Shown piece after piece: positions 32,992 through 42,888 of a DNA stretch of 64,000 nt. Position numbers and translations under genes: made by a program. A model generated the notes under the pieces. The model was not told the DNA's origin. It saw only the letters and a program-made list of their open reading frames with translations, and searched no databases. Each line of letters starts with the position of its first letter. Positions within the stretch are counted from its first letter, which is position 1. Origin of the DNA: Candidatus Daviesbacteria bacterium (GTDB lineage Bacteria > Patescibacteriota > Microgenomatia > Daviesbacterales > UBA10151); the NCBI GenBank assembly GCA_016186955.1, contig JACPKP010000007.1:1962-65961 (forward strand), written 5' to 3'.

Positions 32992-34176
32992 ATGGCAGAT
33001 TCTAAAAAGTACGAAAGAACTAAACCGCACGTAAATGTCGGAACCATGGGTCATGTTGACCATGGTAAAACTACCCTGACTGCAGCGATTACCAAAGTTT
33101 TGGCAGGTAAAGGTTTGGCAGAGGTTAGAACTGTAGACCAAATTGATGCAGCCCCGGAGGAAAAAGCCCGCGGAATCACCATCAATATTTCCCATCAGGA
33201 ATATGAGACCGAAAAACGCCACTATGCCCACATCGATATGCCGGGTCATGCTGACTATATCAAAAACATGATTACCGGAGCAGCGCAGACAGACGGAGCT
33301 ATTCTGGTAGTTTCTGCCCCGGATGGCCCAATGCCTCAAACCAGGGAACATCTTTTGCTAGCCCGTCAGGTGGGGGTTCCGGCGATTGTGGTCTACCTTA
33401 ATAAAACAGATATGGTTGATGACCCTGAGCTTTTAGATTTAGTGGAAGAAGAGGTCAAAGACTTGCTTAAAAAATATGAATATGACCCCAATTCACCAAT
33501 AATCAGAGGCAGCGCTAAAAAAGCTTTGGAAGGCGATCCTGAAGCAGTTAAATCTATTGAAGCTTTAATGGAAGCTGTTGATACATGGATCCCAACCCCT
33601 GTTAGGGATAAAGATAAGCCGTTTTTGATGGCTGTTGAAGATGTATTTTCCATTAAAGGGCGTGGTACAGTGGCTACAGGCAGGATTGAAAGAGGGGTTG
33701 TCAAAATTAATGAGGAAATTGAAATTGTGGGTATCAGGCCTACCAAAAAGAGCGTTGTGACAGGCATTGAGATGTTCCATAAAATGCTCGACCAGGGTGA
33801 AGCAGGGGATAATGCCGGGATACTATTGCGGGGTGTTGAGAAAGATGATATTGAAAGAGGGCAGGTTTTGGCAAAACCCGGTTCAATCACCCCTCACAGT
33901 GAATTTGAGGCTGAAATTTATGTTTTGAGTAAGGAAGAGGGTGGAAGGCATACCCCGTTTTTTAAAGGCTACAGGCCGCAATTTTACATCAGGACTACTG
34001 ATGTGACAGGTGAGGTGCAGCTTCCTGAGGGGGTTGAGATGGCTATGCCTGGGGACACAGTTAAAATTGTAGGAAAATTAATCACCCCGGTTGCTATGGA
34101 GGATGGTTTGAGGTTTGCAGTCAGGGAAGGCGGGAAAACAGTAGGGGCAGGGGTCATTACCAAGATAATTGCTTAA
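32992..34176 (+). CDS. tuf: Elongation factor Tu
   Basis: [29 protein letters not shown]. Confidence 0.98.
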   Translation: MADSKKYERTKPHVNVGTMGHVDHGKTTLTAAITKVLAGKGLAEVRTVDQIDAAPEEKARGITINISHQEYETEKRHYAHIDMPGHADYIKNMITGAAQTDGAILVVSAPDGPMPQTREHLLLARQVGVPAIVVYLNKTDMVDDPELLDLVEEEVKDLLKKYEYDPNSPIIRGSAKKALEGDPEAVKSIEALMEAVDTWIPTPVRDKDKPFLMAVEDVFSIKGRGTVATGRIERGVVKINEEIEIVGIRPTKKSVVTGIEMFHKMLDQGEAGDNAGILLRGVEKDDIERGQVLAKPGSITPHSEFEAEIYVLSKEEGGRHTPFFKGYRPQFYIRTTDVTGEVQLPEGVEMAMPGDTVKIVGKLITPVAMEDGLRFAVREGGKTVGAGVITKIIA

Positions 34177-34191
34177 AATTTAGTCTGTCCC

Positions 34192-34214
34192 AAGGGGCCG
34201 AAAGGCTCCTTTTT
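34192..34214 (+). terminator. Intrinsic terminator after tuf
   Basis: AAGGGGCC-GAAA-GGCTCCTT followed by a T-run. Confidence 0.75.
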
Positions 34215-34234
34215 ATTATTAACAGAGAGGAAAG

Positions 34235-34501
34235 ATGCCTGAAATTGAAATTACCGAAGACAAGAGAAAAGATTTACGCAGTTGGGCTGATGGAGCTGGG
34301 AAGCGTTTAAAGAACATTGATCCAAACGGAGGAAGCTTAATATGGGACATTGCCGGCGAGCCGTTTGTCATGCATACAAGGCTTCTGGCGCTGTATACTA
34401 GCGGCCGCTCTTTTGACTGTTGGGCAGAGAGGTATTTTGTGCTTTGCAGCGATAAACATGCTGAGACCCTTGAGCAAGCAGGTATTATTGAGTTAGAGTA
34501 G
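34235..34501 (+). CDS. Hypothetical protein
   Basis: GAGAGG SD; ORF between tuf and rpsJ. Confidence 0.55.
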   Translation: MPEIEITEDKRKDLRSWADGAGKRLKNIDPNGGSLIWDIAGEPFVMHTRLLALYTSGRSFDCWAERYFVLCSDKHAETLEQAGIIELE

Positions 34502-34562
34502 TTGACCTATAATTGGTTTTTAGGGGGTTTGTGGTACAATAGCACATTGAAAGGGGAATAAT

Positions 34563-34871
34563 ATGGCAAAAGGCAGAATTAGAGTCCGTTTAAAATCTTA
34601 TGACCATCGGGTTTTAGATGCTACTTGTGAGCAGCTGCTGGATACTGCTTTGCGTACCGGCGCCAAAATTGTCGGTCCCATTCCCCTTCCCACAAAACGC
34701 TCCAGGATTACCATTCCCCGTTCTCCTTTTAAACACAAAGATTCCCAGGAAGCTTTTGAAATAAAAACCCACAAAAGAGTAGTAGATATCGTTGAACCCA
34801 CTGATAAAACCATAGATTCACTAATGCATTTGGAACTTCCAGCTGGTGTGGATATAGAAGTAAAGATGTGA
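34563..34871 (+). CDS. rpsJ: 30S protein uS10
   Basis: [27 protein letters not shown]. Confidence 0.97.
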   Translation: MAKGRIRVRLKSYDHRVLDATCEQLLDTALRTGAKIVGPIPLPTKRSRITIPRSPFKHKDSQEAFEIKTHKRVVDIVEPTDKTIDSLMHLELPAGVDIEVKM

Positions 34872-34883
34872 TATTTTAAACAA

Positions 34884-35189
34884 ATGGTAGAGACAGAATA
34901 TCGCGACCCTATAGATACAGAATATAACAGGTATTTAGACAGTCCTTCTAAGAAGCTTTGGGATGATGTTGATATAGAGGTAAAAAAACTTTTATATTTT
35001 GCCGAAATGACCTCAGGTATGACATCCTTGGAAAGAACGGTTTATCTGTTGAGGTTTGAAGTTAGAAATATTATCAATAAAAGATACTCACGAAGAGAAG
35101 TGGGAGAGTTAATAGAAAAATCCCCCAGGACTGTACAAAGATTGGAAAAGAGTGCCATGGCCAAAATTGCATCCGGATTTGGCGCCTGA
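34884..35189 (+). CDS. Sigma-70 region-4-like HTH protein
   Basis: LERTVYLLRF...SRREVGELIEKSPRTVQRLEKSAMAKI. Confidence 0.6.
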   Translation: MVETEYRDPIDTEYNRYLDSPSKKLWDDVDIEVKKLLYFAEMTSGMTSLERTVYLLRFEVRNIINKRYSRREVGELIEKSPRTVQRLEKSAMAKIASGFGA

Positions 35190-35526
35190 TTCTTCCATTC
35201 TTTATCCCAAAATAGTATACGATCGTACAACGTTTTGTCAAATGATAGCCCGGTGTTGCTTTTGTGCGCAAGCCTGTGTTAGAATTGTATAAGTGTTTAT
35301 GCCTAGAGTTTGTTAAAAAATAAACTTTAAGTTTTCAGTAGATCGCGCGTCTGAGCAGAAACAGATATGATGCAGCACACATAGATTGTCCGGTGGCGGG
35401 TAAAACCGTTATTTTTGACGTGTATGATGAGCCAATGATCTGTCCGGAGTGCCACAAACTGTTAGAGCCCCGGATTATTACTGAAGGGGAATTTAAATCG
35501 TTTGGAAAAGATAAAGAAAGGATAGT

Positions 35527-36324
35527 ATGATCCAGACATTACTGGGCACTAAAAAATTTATGACTTCAACTTATGATTCCCGCGGCAGGCGGGTGGGTGC
35601 AACAGTGGTTGAAATGAACCCGAATATGGTCACGCAAATTAAAGATAAGGAAGGGAAAGACGGATACGATGCTGTGCAATTGGGTTATGGAACTAAAAAG
35701 AGCGTAAAAAAACCCCAGATTGGTCATGCAAAAAAAGCCGGAGTTGAGGGTAAGATCAGGTGGATGCGTGAAGTTAGGGCTAGCGAGACTGTAAAACCTG
35801 GCGACCAGATCAGTTTGGGCCAGGTTTTTTCTGTTGGTGATGCAGTTAAAATAACAGGGGTAAGCAAGGGTAAAGGGTTTCAGGGTGGAGTCAGAAGGCA
35901 TGGATTCCATGGAGGGCCAAAAACCCATGGCCAATCAGACCGCCACCGGGCGCCAGGTTCCATCGGGGCCGGTACAACTCCGGGCCGGGTTTACAAGGGT
36001 AAAAGAATGGCAGGGCATATGGGAGTGGAGAGGGTGAGTTATAAAGGTTTGGAGGTTGTCAAAGTGGATAAACAAAACAACCTGTTGACTATCAAAGGCG
36101 GTGTGCCTGGTCCGGCAGGAGGATTTGTAATAGTTGAAAAACAAGGACGGATAAAAGGTTATACGCCACCACCTGAGGAAAAACCTGAAGAGGAAGAATT
36201 AGAGTCAAGTGACAACACCTCGGAGGTGAAGTCAGAAGAGCCAAAAGTTGAAGCAACAGAAGAGGTTGAATCTACTGAAAGTTCCGATGAGGTAAAGGAG
36301 GAAACAGGAAATGGCAGTAATTAA
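35527..36324 (+). CDS. rplC: 50S protein uL3 with acidic tail
   Basis: SKGKGFQGGVRRHGF, HRAPGSIG. Confidence 0.97.
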   Translation: MIQTLLGTKKFMTSTYDSRGRRVGATVVEMNPNMVTQIKDKEGKDGYDAVQLGYGTKKSVKKPQIGHAKKAGVEGKIRWMREVRASETVKPGDQISLGQVFSVGDAVKITGVSKGKGFQGGVRRHGFHGGPKTHGQSDRHRAPGSIGAGTTPGRVYKGKRMAGHMGVERVSYKGLEVVKVDKQNNLLTIKGGVPGPAGGFVIVEKQGRIKGYTPPPEEKPEEEELESSDNTSEVKSEEPKVEATEEVESTESSDEVKEETGNGSN

Positions 36325-37180
36325 GTCAAAAGTCAAAAGCCCGTCTGCCGGACGGGCAGGTCAAAAGTCAAAAGTATCAAGAAAAGATTCTGTCGCCCCG
36401 AGTAACTCGGGGATCCAGAATGACAAAAAACCAAAAAAGACTAAAAAAGTTGCAGGAGTAAATAAGATTGCCACGTCCTCCGAAAAGGTTAAAAAACCTA
36501 TAGTTAAAACTAAGACAACATCAAATTTGTCAATTCCTGTTTATTCTCTGGCAGGCAGCAAGACCGCAGCAAGTTTGGCATTGCCTAAAGAAATTTTTGG
36601 CGCCAAAGTAAACAAAGCCTTGCTTGCCCAGGCGATGAGGGTTTACCTTAATAATCAGAAAAGCCATTGGTCAAATACCAAAACCCGTGGTGAAGTAAAA
36701 GGGTCAACCAGGAAAATTTTTAAACAAAAAGGCACCGGCAGGGCAAGACATGGGGCAATCAGGGCCCCAATTTTTGTGGGCGGGGGGATTGCTTTGGGGC
36801 CAAAAAACCGGAAGGTAGTTTTGGATCTGCCCGCAAAAATGAAAAATGCGGCGCTGGTTTCAGCCTTAGCACAAAAAGCAGATGAGAAGCAGGTTTTAGG
36901 GATCAGCGGCTTGGATAAAGCAAGCGGAAAAACCAAAGAGATGATAGGCTTAGTCACAAGAGTCCAGAGTCAAGAGTCCAGTAAAAAAAGTATTTTGATT
37001 GTGGTGGGGGAGAAGATAGAAAATGCTGCTAGGGCTGTGAGAAATATTACAGGGGTAGATTTACTGCAATTTGACCAGATTAATGCTTATGAAGTAATTA
37101 AACACCAAAGCCTGGTTTTAACAAAGGAAGCTGTTGAAAAATTGCAGGGAAGACTATTGGGTAAAAAGGAGGCTAAATAA
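36311..37180 (+). CDS. rplD: 50S protein uL4 with repeat-derived N-terminal extension
   Basis: TKTRGEV, QKGTGRARHG. Confidence 0.96.
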   Translation: MAVIKSKVKSPSAGRAGQKSKVSRKDSVAPSNSGIQNDKKPKKTKKVAGVNKIATSSEKVKKPIVKTKTTSNLSIPVYSLAGSKTAASLALPKEIFGAKVNKALLAQAMRVYLNNQKSHWSNTKTRGEVKGSTRKIFKQKGTGRARHGAIRAPIFVGGGIALGPKNRKVVLDLPAKMKNAALVSALAQKADEKQVLGISGLDKASGKTKEMIGLVTRVQSQESSKKSILIVVGEKIENAARAVRNITGVDLLQFDQINAYEVIKHQSLVLTKEAVEKLQGRLLGKKEAK

Positions 37181-37182
37181 AA

Positions 37183-37692
37183 ATGACAGCTGTTATATTA
37201 AAACCGTTGGTTACGGAAAAATCAATGTCGCTTGTCAAATCAGGAATGTTTACATTCCTGGTGGATAAAAACGCCACCAAAAGTCAGATTGGGAAAGCTG
37301 TTTCCGGGAGATTTGCAGTGGATGTTTTAAGTGTCAGTACAGTGAATATGAAGGGTAAAACCAAACTGCAAAAGAGCAGAAAAGGGTATTTTCAGAAACC
37401 ATCGTTTAAAAAAGCAATAGTCCAGCTTAAAAAAGGGCAAAAAATTGCTTTGTTTGAATCAGCAGAGAAAGAAGAAGTAGAAGTGAGGACAGCAGAAGGT
37501 GAAGTAGTTGGCAAAACCACAGAAAAAAAGAGTTTATTGGGGAGGACAAAGATAAAGATCAGCAAGCTGTCTCCTGTGGAGATTGAACAAAATACAGCAG
37601 TCAAAAGCCCGCCTGCCGGACGGGCAGGTCAAAAGGCAAAAGTTAAAAGTACAAGTAAAAAATTAAAAGTAAACAAGAAAGGAGCTAAGTAA
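37183..37692 (+). CDS. rplW: 50S protein uL23 with long C-terminal tail
   Basis: ILKPLVTEKS, FKKAIVQL. Confidence 0.95.
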   Translation: MTAVILKPLVTEKSMSLVKSGMFTFLVDKNATKSQIGKAVSGRFAVDVLSVSTVNMKGKTKLQKSRKGYFQKPSFKKAIVQLKKGQKIALFESAEKEEVEVRTAEGEVVGKTTEKKSLLGRTKIKISKLSPVEIEQNTAVKSPPAGRAGQKAKVKSTSKKLKVNKKGAK

Positions 37693-37695
37693 AAA

Positions 37696-38556
37696 ATGGC
37701 GCTAATTAGTTACAAAGAAAACACACCAACCAGAAGGTTTATGACCAAGCTCGAAAAACCAAAGAAAAACGGTAAACATCATAAATCCCTGGTCAGTATA
37801 CTGCCGAAACAAAGCGGCCGGTCGCATGGCAAAGTTACAGTCCGCCACCAGGGCGGAAGGCACAAGAGATATTACAGGTTAGTTGATTTCAAAAGGAATA
37901 AATTTGGAGTAGAAGCAGTAGTGGAAGCTTTTGAGTATGACCCAAACAGGAATGTCAATATTGCCCTGGTTAAATATGCCGATGGTGAGAGAAGATACAT
38001 CTTAGCGCCTTCAGGTTTAAAGCCGGGGGATAGAGTGATATCAGGAGAAAGGGTTGAAGTAAAGGTTGGCAATGCCATGAAACTTAAAAATATGCCTGTA
38101 GGTACAATAGTCCATAATGTGGAGTTGACACCGGGCAGAGGAGGCCAGTTTGGGCGTAGTGCAGGTACAGGGTTGACTATCCAGGCGAAAGATAGCGGCC
38201 TGCCTGCCGACCTGCCTGACGGCAGTCAGGGCAGGCAGGGGTTTGCGCACTTGAAAATGCCCTCAGGAGAGATTAGAATGGTTCCCCTGGAGGCTATGGG
38301 GACTGTTGGAAGCTTGGGTAACGAAGAATGGAAGAATGTTACTTTTGGTAAGGCTGGAAGAAAAAGGCATATGGGGATCAGGCCGACTGTCAGGGGGACA
38401 GCCCAGGATCCCCACTCACATCCGCATGGTGGAGGAGAGGGCAGGTCAGGAATCGGCAGAAAAAGCCCCATGACGGTATACGGTAAAAAGGCAGTGGGAA
38501 ATACCAGAAAAAAGAATAAATGGACAAGCAAGTATATTTTGAAAAGGAGGAAATAG
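37696..38556 (+). CDS. rplB: 50S protein uL2 with a 14-aa insertion
   Basis: EYDPNR, HNVELTPGRGGQ, HPHGGGEGR. Confidence 0.97.
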   Translation: MALISYKENTPTRRFMTKLEKPKKNGKHHKSLVSILPKQSGRSHGKVTVRHQGGRHKRYYRLVDFKRNKFGVEAVVEAFEYDPNRNVNIALVKYADGERRYILAPSGLKPGDRVISGERVEVKVGNAMKLKNMPVGTIVHNVELTPGRGGQFGRSAGTGLTIQAKDSGLPADLPDGSQGRQGFAHLKMPSGEIRMVPLEAMGTVGSLGNEEWKNVTFGKAGRKRHMGIRPTVRGTAQDPHSHPHGGGEGRSGIGRKSPMTVYGKKAVGNTRKKNKWTSKYILKRRK

Positions 38557-38589
38557 AGTCTAGTCGCAAGAGTCCAGAGTCAAGTGAAC

Positions 38590-38633
38590 GTCATTGCGAG
38601 GACTCCGATGGACATCGGAGGACGAAGCAATCT
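38590..38633. repeat. CGTC-type REP between rplB and rpsS
   Basis: GTCATTGCGAG-[CTCCGATG GA CATCGGAG]-GCAATCT. Confidence 0.75.
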
Positions 38634-38650
38634 AATAAAAATTAAAAATT

Positions 38651-38935
38651 ATGTCAAGATCATCATATAAAGGTCCGTATGTGGACGTCAAATTGTTAAA
38701 AAAAGTTAATGCACAAAAGGCTGATGGTGCAAAAACTCCGATTAAAACCTGGGCCAGAAGGTCACAGATTCCGCCTGAATTCGTGGGCCATACATTTTTG
38801 GTGCATCAAGGTAAGAATTTTGTGTCTGTTTATATTTCTGAATCCATGGTGGGGCACAAACTTGGGGAATTTGCGCCAACCAGAATTTTTAGGTCACATG
38901 GAAAGATGACTGAGAAAAGCGTAGCAAAAACATAA
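38651..38935 (+). CDS. rpsS: 30S protein uS19
   Basis: [20 protein letters not shown]. Confidence 0.97.
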   Translation: MSRSSYKGPYVDVKLLKKVNAQKADGAKTPIKTWARRSQIPPEFVGHTFLVHQGKNFVSVYISESMVGHKLGEFAPTRIFRSHGKMTEKSVAKT

Positions 38936-38941
38936 AACATA

Positions 38942-39418
38942 ATGGAGTATACAACAATACAAAAAAATATTACTACTTCGCCCAGGAAACTGAGGTTGGT
39001 GGCTGATATGGTGAGAAAAATGAGCCCAGAGCAGGCTGTAGAAATTTTGCAGTTTACCAATAAAGCGGCTGCTCAACCTTTGATCAAAGCCATCAAAACT
39101 GTTTTGGCAAACAGCAAAAAAGCTGATGTGGTTTTTAAAACCATTGAGATCAACGAAGGGCCAAAATTAAAAAGATACAGGGTGGGTACAGCCGGTAGAG
39201 GACGGGGCAGGCCGTACAGGAGAAGATGGAGCCATATAAAAATCGTTTTGATAGACGATTTAAATGTCAAAAGTCAAATGTCAAAAGTCAAAAGTACAGT
39301 TCAAAATGCAAAAGTAGAAGATAAGAAGGCAGCGTTAAAAGAAAAAGGAAGGGAGGGTAAAAAGAGTGTGCGGACTCCCGAAGTAGATCCTTCGACTCGC
39401 TACGCTCGCTCAGGATGA
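38942..39418 (+). CDS. rplV: 50S protein uL22 with repeat-derived tail
   Basis: SPRKLRLVAD, EGPKLKR, SHIKIVL. Confidence 0.95.
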   Translation: MEYTTIQKNITTSPRKLRLVADMVRKMSPEQAVEILQFTNKAAAQPLIKAIKTVLANSKKADVVFKTIEINEGPKLKRYRVGTAGRGRGRPYRRRWSHIKIVLIDDLNVKSQMSKVKSTVQNAKVEDKKAALKEKGREGKKSVRTPEVDPSTRYARSG

Positions 39419-39462
39419 CAAAGTAAGTTTAAAAATTGTACTTACTTTGTCAAATAAAAACT

Positions 39463-40104
39463 ATGGCGCAAAAGATACATCCGGTTGGTTTTAGGTTGGG
39501 GATCGGTACCACCTGGGAGTCAAGGTGGTTTGCCAACGGCAAAAAATACCAGCAAAACTTACTGGAAGATATAAAAATAAGAAATTTGCTAATCAAAAAA
39601 CTCAGGCCCGCCGGGATTACAAAAATAGAAATAGAACGTTCTATCAATAAAATCAGGATCATTATTTTTGTTACACGCCCTGGTATACTAATTGGCAGGG
39701 GAGGTACAGGTTTAACAGATTTAAAAAAATATTTATTAAATGAGCTGAAAATAAAAGAGGAAAATAATTTAGAAGTTATACCTATGGATATTAAGCAGCC
39801 TGACCTATCAGCTTATTTAGTTGCGCAAAACATTGCAGAGCAATTAGCAAGAAGGATGCCTGCAGCCAGGGTAATGAACCAGGCTATAGACAGGGTGATG
39901 CGCTCAGGTGCAAAAGGGGTGAGGATTGTTTTGTCAGGTAGGATCGGAGGGGCTGAGATTGCCAGACGTGAGTGGAAAGCCTCTGGTTCAATGCCGTTGC
40001 ATACCTTAAGGTCGGATATTGATTTTACAGTTTACCCGGCAATGACCAAGTCTGGTTATGTGGGGGTAAAAGTTTGGATAAACAAGGGGGAAAGTAAAAT
40101 ATAA
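39463..40104 (+). CDS. rpsC: 30S protein uS3 (start refined)
   Basis: [23 protein letters not shown]. Confidence 0.97.
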   Translation: MAQKIHPVGFRLGIGTTWESRWFANGKKYQQNLLEDIKIRNLLIKKLRPAGITKIEIERSINKIRIIIFVTRPGILIGRGGTGLTDLKKYLLNELKIKEENNLEVIPMDIKQPDLSAYLVAQNIAEQLARRMPAARVMNQAIDRVMRSGAKGVRIVLSGRIGGAEIARREWKASGSMPLHTLRSDIDFTVYPAMTKSGYVGVKVWINKGESKI

Positions 40105-40517
40105 TGGCGCTTTTAGTACCAAAAAGAGTTAAATACCGGAAAGCCTTTAGAGGTAAGAGGGGTGGGGTAGCTACCCGCAATAATACCATTGTTTTTGGCA
40201 ACTTTGGATTAAAAAGCGAAGCTGCCGGTTGGGTATCTTCCCGCCAGCTGGAAGCTTCCAGGCGTGCCATGACCCGCTACACACAGCGGGGTGGACGTAT
40301 TTGGATCAGGGTTTTTCCTGATAAGCCGGTTACCAAACACCCGGCAGAATCAAGGATGGGTTCAGGGAAGGGAGATGTTGAGGGGTATGTGGCTGTGATT
40401 AGGCCGGGGACGATTTTATTTGAGATGGGCGCTGTTTCAGAGGAGATTGCGAAAGAAGCCATGAGGCTGGCAGCCCATAAATTACCGTTAAAAACCAGAT
40501 TTATTATAAAGGAATAA
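40104..40517 (+). CDS. rplP: 50S protein uL16
   Basis: [16 protein letters not shown]. Confidence 0.97.
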   Translation: MALLVPKRVKYRKAFRGKRGGVATRNNTIVFGNFGLKSEAAGWVSSRQLEASRRAMTRYTQRGGRIWIRVFPDKPVTKHPAESRMGSGKGDVEGYVAVIRPGTILFEMGAVSEEIAKEAMRLAAHKLPLKTRFIIKE

Positions 40518-40523
40518 TATTTT

Positions 40524-40760
40524 ATGCGTAAAAATGATTTTGTACAGATAAAAGGGTTAGACAAACAGGTTATTTCAGGCAAAGTTAAGGAGCTTAGGCA
40601 GGAGATCTCAGCTTTAATTATGGATAAAAATATGAATAAACTGAAGGATTTAAAAAGTATTTATAAAAAAAGGAAAGATTTAGCCCAACTGTTGACTGTA
40701 CGGCGGCAAAAACAGTTGTTGGAACAATTGGAGTCAACAGTGAAAGGAGCAACAGAATGA
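40524..40760 (+). CDS. rpmC: 50S protein uL29
   Basis: Operon position; RKDLAQLLT. Confidence 0.85.
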   Translation: MRKNDFVQIKGLDKQVISGKVKELRQEISALIMDKNMNKLKDLKSIYKKRKDLAQLLTVRRQKQLLEQLESTVKGATE

Positions 40761-41173
40761 TCGGACGGGTTATATCAACAAAAATGCAAAAAAGCGCTGT
40801 TGTTTTGGTAAACAACAAGAAAAAGCATCCATTGTATAAAAAAACCTTTTTAAGGACCAAAAAATATTTGGTTGATGACCCTATTGGGGTAAAAGACGGA
40901 AATATTGTAGAGATTATCAAAATAAAGCCGGTATCAAGGCATAAACATTGGGGCGTTGTGAAGGTGTTGGGTACAGATATAGTTACTTTAGGGACAGAGG
41001 TTTTGAAGGAAGAGGCAAAAGAGGCGATTGAAGAGGTTCTGCCTGTTGAAAAACAAGGAGAAGCTGCAGCTCAGGAGCCGCTGCCAAAAGAAGAAGTGAA
41101 AAAGAAAGTGGGAAAAACTGAAAAAGTAAAAATTGAAAGACCAAAAAGAAAAAGAAAGGGGGAACTTAGTTAG
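40757..41173 (+). CDS. rpsQ: 30S protein uS17 with C-terminal tail
   Basis: GRVISTKMQKS, HPLYKK, PVSRHKHW. Confidence 0.95.
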   Translation: MIGRVISTKMQKSAVVLVNNKKKHPLYKKTFLRTKKYLVDDPIGVKDGNIVEIIKIKPVSRHKHWGVVKVLGTDIVTLGTEVLKEEAKEAIEEVLPVEKQGEAAAQEPLPKEEVKKKVGKTEKVKIERPKRKRKGELS

Positions 41174-41243
41174 TCCGCTTGTCAAAAATGCTGCGCATTT
41201 TTGCAAGCGATCTCAAAAACTATAATTGTTTGTAGTTTAGAGG
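41171..41243 (-). repeat. GAGATCGCTTG bulged-hairpin element (inverted copy)
   Basis: Reverse complement contains GAGATCGCTTG-CAAAAATGC-GCA-GCATTTTTG-A-CAAG. Confidence 0.65.
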
Positions 41244-41255
41244 AAGTTTTTTCCG

Positions 41256-41624
41256 ATGGTACAACACAGAAGTATGTTAAATGTAGCAGATAATTCAGGG
41301 GCCAGAAAGGTTCAGGTTATCCAGCTGCTTGGCGGATCGGGTAAACGGTTCGGCAGGTTGGGTGAGACCTTGGTGGCTGTAGTCAAGGGGGCTTTATCCA
41401 ACAGCCAGGTTAAAAACGGGGAGATTGTCAGGGCTGTCTTGGTTAGGGCCCGTAAAGAGAAACGGCGGGATGACGGTTCTTATGTAAAATTTGATGACAA
41501 TGCGGCAGTTGTAGTCGACAAAGACGGAAATTTGCGGGCAACCAGGATTTTTGGTCCTATTGCCAGAGAGGTGAGGGATGCCGGGCACAATAAAATTGCA
41601 TCACTAGCACAGGAGGTATGGTAA
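41256..41624 (+). CDS. rplN: 50S protein uL14
   Basis: VADNSGA, FDDNAAV, TRIFGP. Confidence 0.97.
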   Translation: MVQHRSMLNVADNSGARKVQVIQLLGGSGKRFGRLGETLVAVVKGALSNSQVKNGEIVRAVLVRARKEKRRDDGSYVKFDDNAAVVVDKDGNLRATRIFGPIAREVRDAGHNKIASLAQEVW

Positions 41625-41718
41625 TCGGACTGAAGCGAGAAACAATTACACTAATCCCTAATTGTTTCGAGCAAAGGAGATCGCTTGCCACAATTGTGTA
41701 ATCAATTGTGGACAAGGG
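41625..41718 (+). repeat. GAGATCGCTTG bulged-hairpin element
   Basis: About 42 nt near-identical to 43420-43462. Confidence 0.85.
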
Positions 41719-41731
41719 AAAGGAAAACAAT

Positions 41732-42034
41732 ATGTCTAAAATAAGAAAAGGCGATAAAGTTAAAATTTTGTTGGGAAAAGACAGAGGAAAAACCGGCGCT
41801 ATCGAAAAAGTATTGGTTCAAAAAAGCCGGGTTTTAGTTTCAGGTGTCAATTTAGTAAAAAGGCATGTAAAAAAACAAGGGACTATTGAAGGCGGAATTA
41901 TTGATATCGCCAAGCCAGTCAATATTTCCAACGTTATGTTAATTTGTCCCAGTTGCAACTTGCCAACAAGAGTGGGGTTTAAGATAGGGGCAGAAAAAGC
42001 CAGGATATGTAAAAAATGCAAAAAGGAGATTTGA
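41732..42034 (+). CDS. rplX: 50S protein uL24 (start refined)
   Basis: KIRKGDKV..GKDRGKTG, ISNVMLICPSC. Confidence 0.96.
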   Translation: MSKIRKGDKVKILLGKDRGKTGAIEKVLVQKSRVLVSGVNLVKRHVKKQGTIEGGIIDIAKPVNISNVMLICPSCNLPTRVGFKIGAEKARICKKCKKEI

Positions 42035-42040
42035 TGATTT

Positions 42041-42589
42041 ATGAAGACTTTAAAAGAAAAATATTTGGAGGAGGTGCAACCGAAAATGATGGAAGAGTTC
42101 AGTATTAAAAATGTTTTTGCAGCGCCTAAATTAAAAAAGATAGTTATCAATATGGGTCTGGCTGACGCAAAAGAGGATGCCGGTATTTTAGAAAAATCAG
42201 TGGTTAATGTTGCAGCTATTTCAGGCCAGAAGCCGGTTGTGACAAAGGCTAAAAAATCCATCGCAGCTTTTAAACTTACGAAAGGCGCTTCAATAGGGTT
42301 GATGGTAACTTTAAGGGGTGATAAGATGTATGCTTTTTTCAATAAACTTGTAAATATAGTATTGCCAAAAGTGAGGGATTTTAGGGGAGTTGCACAAACC
42401 GGCTTTGACAGCAAGGGAAATTATAATTTAGGTTTTAAGGAACTACTCATATTCCCTGAAATAAACTATAAAAATGTTGATAAACCAAGGGGGTTGCAGG
42501 TTACTATTAATACAACAGCAGAAAACAGGGAGCAGGGGAAAATGTTGCTAGAGCTGATGGGGATGCCTTTTAAGAAAGGGGACAGATAA
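42041..42589 (+). CDS. rplE: 50S protein uL5
   Basis: KIVINMG, GQKPVVT, FDSKGNY. Confidence 0.97.
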   Translation: MKTLKEKYLEEVQPKMMEEFSIKNVFAAPKLKKIVINMGLADAKEDAGILEKSVVNVAAISGQKPVVTKAKKSIAAFKLTKGASIGLMVTLRGDKMYAFFNKLVNIVLPKVRDFRGVAQTGFDSKGNYNLGFKELLIFPEINYKNVDKPRGLQVTINTTAENREQGKMLLELMGMPFKKGDR

Positions 42590-42691
42590 AATTTTCAATT
42601 TAAAATTTACAATTTTCAATCAAATCTTAATTTTAAATTAAAACATTGGAAATTCATTGAAAATTAAAAACTGAAAATTAAAAATTAATTT
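42589..42691 (+). repeat. AT-rich heptameric foldback element, copy 1
   Basis: AATTTTCAATTTAAAATTTACAATTTTCAAT...TTGAAAATTAAAAACTGAAAATTAAAAATT. Confidence 0.85.
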
Positions 42692-42871
42692 ATGGCTAAG
42701 GTTAGTAATATAGTCAAGAAAAAAGTTAAATATGAAGTCCAAAAAGTGAACCGCTGTTTACGGTGTGGCAGGTCACGTGGTTTTATCAGACGCTTTGGTG
42801 TATGCAGAATTTGTTTTAGGGAACTTGTTTACCGCGGTTATTTACCGGGAGTAAAAAAATCATCATGGTAA
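42692..42871 (+). CDS. rpsN: 30S protein uS14, zinc type (absent from the ORF track)
   Basis: MAKVS...[24 protein letters not shown]...PGVKKSSW. Confidence 0.95.
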   Translation: MAKVSNIVKKKVKYEVQKVNRCLRCGRSRGFIRRFGVCRICFRELVYRGYLPGVKKSSW

Positions 42872-42888
42872 TAGAAAGGAAAAAAGAG

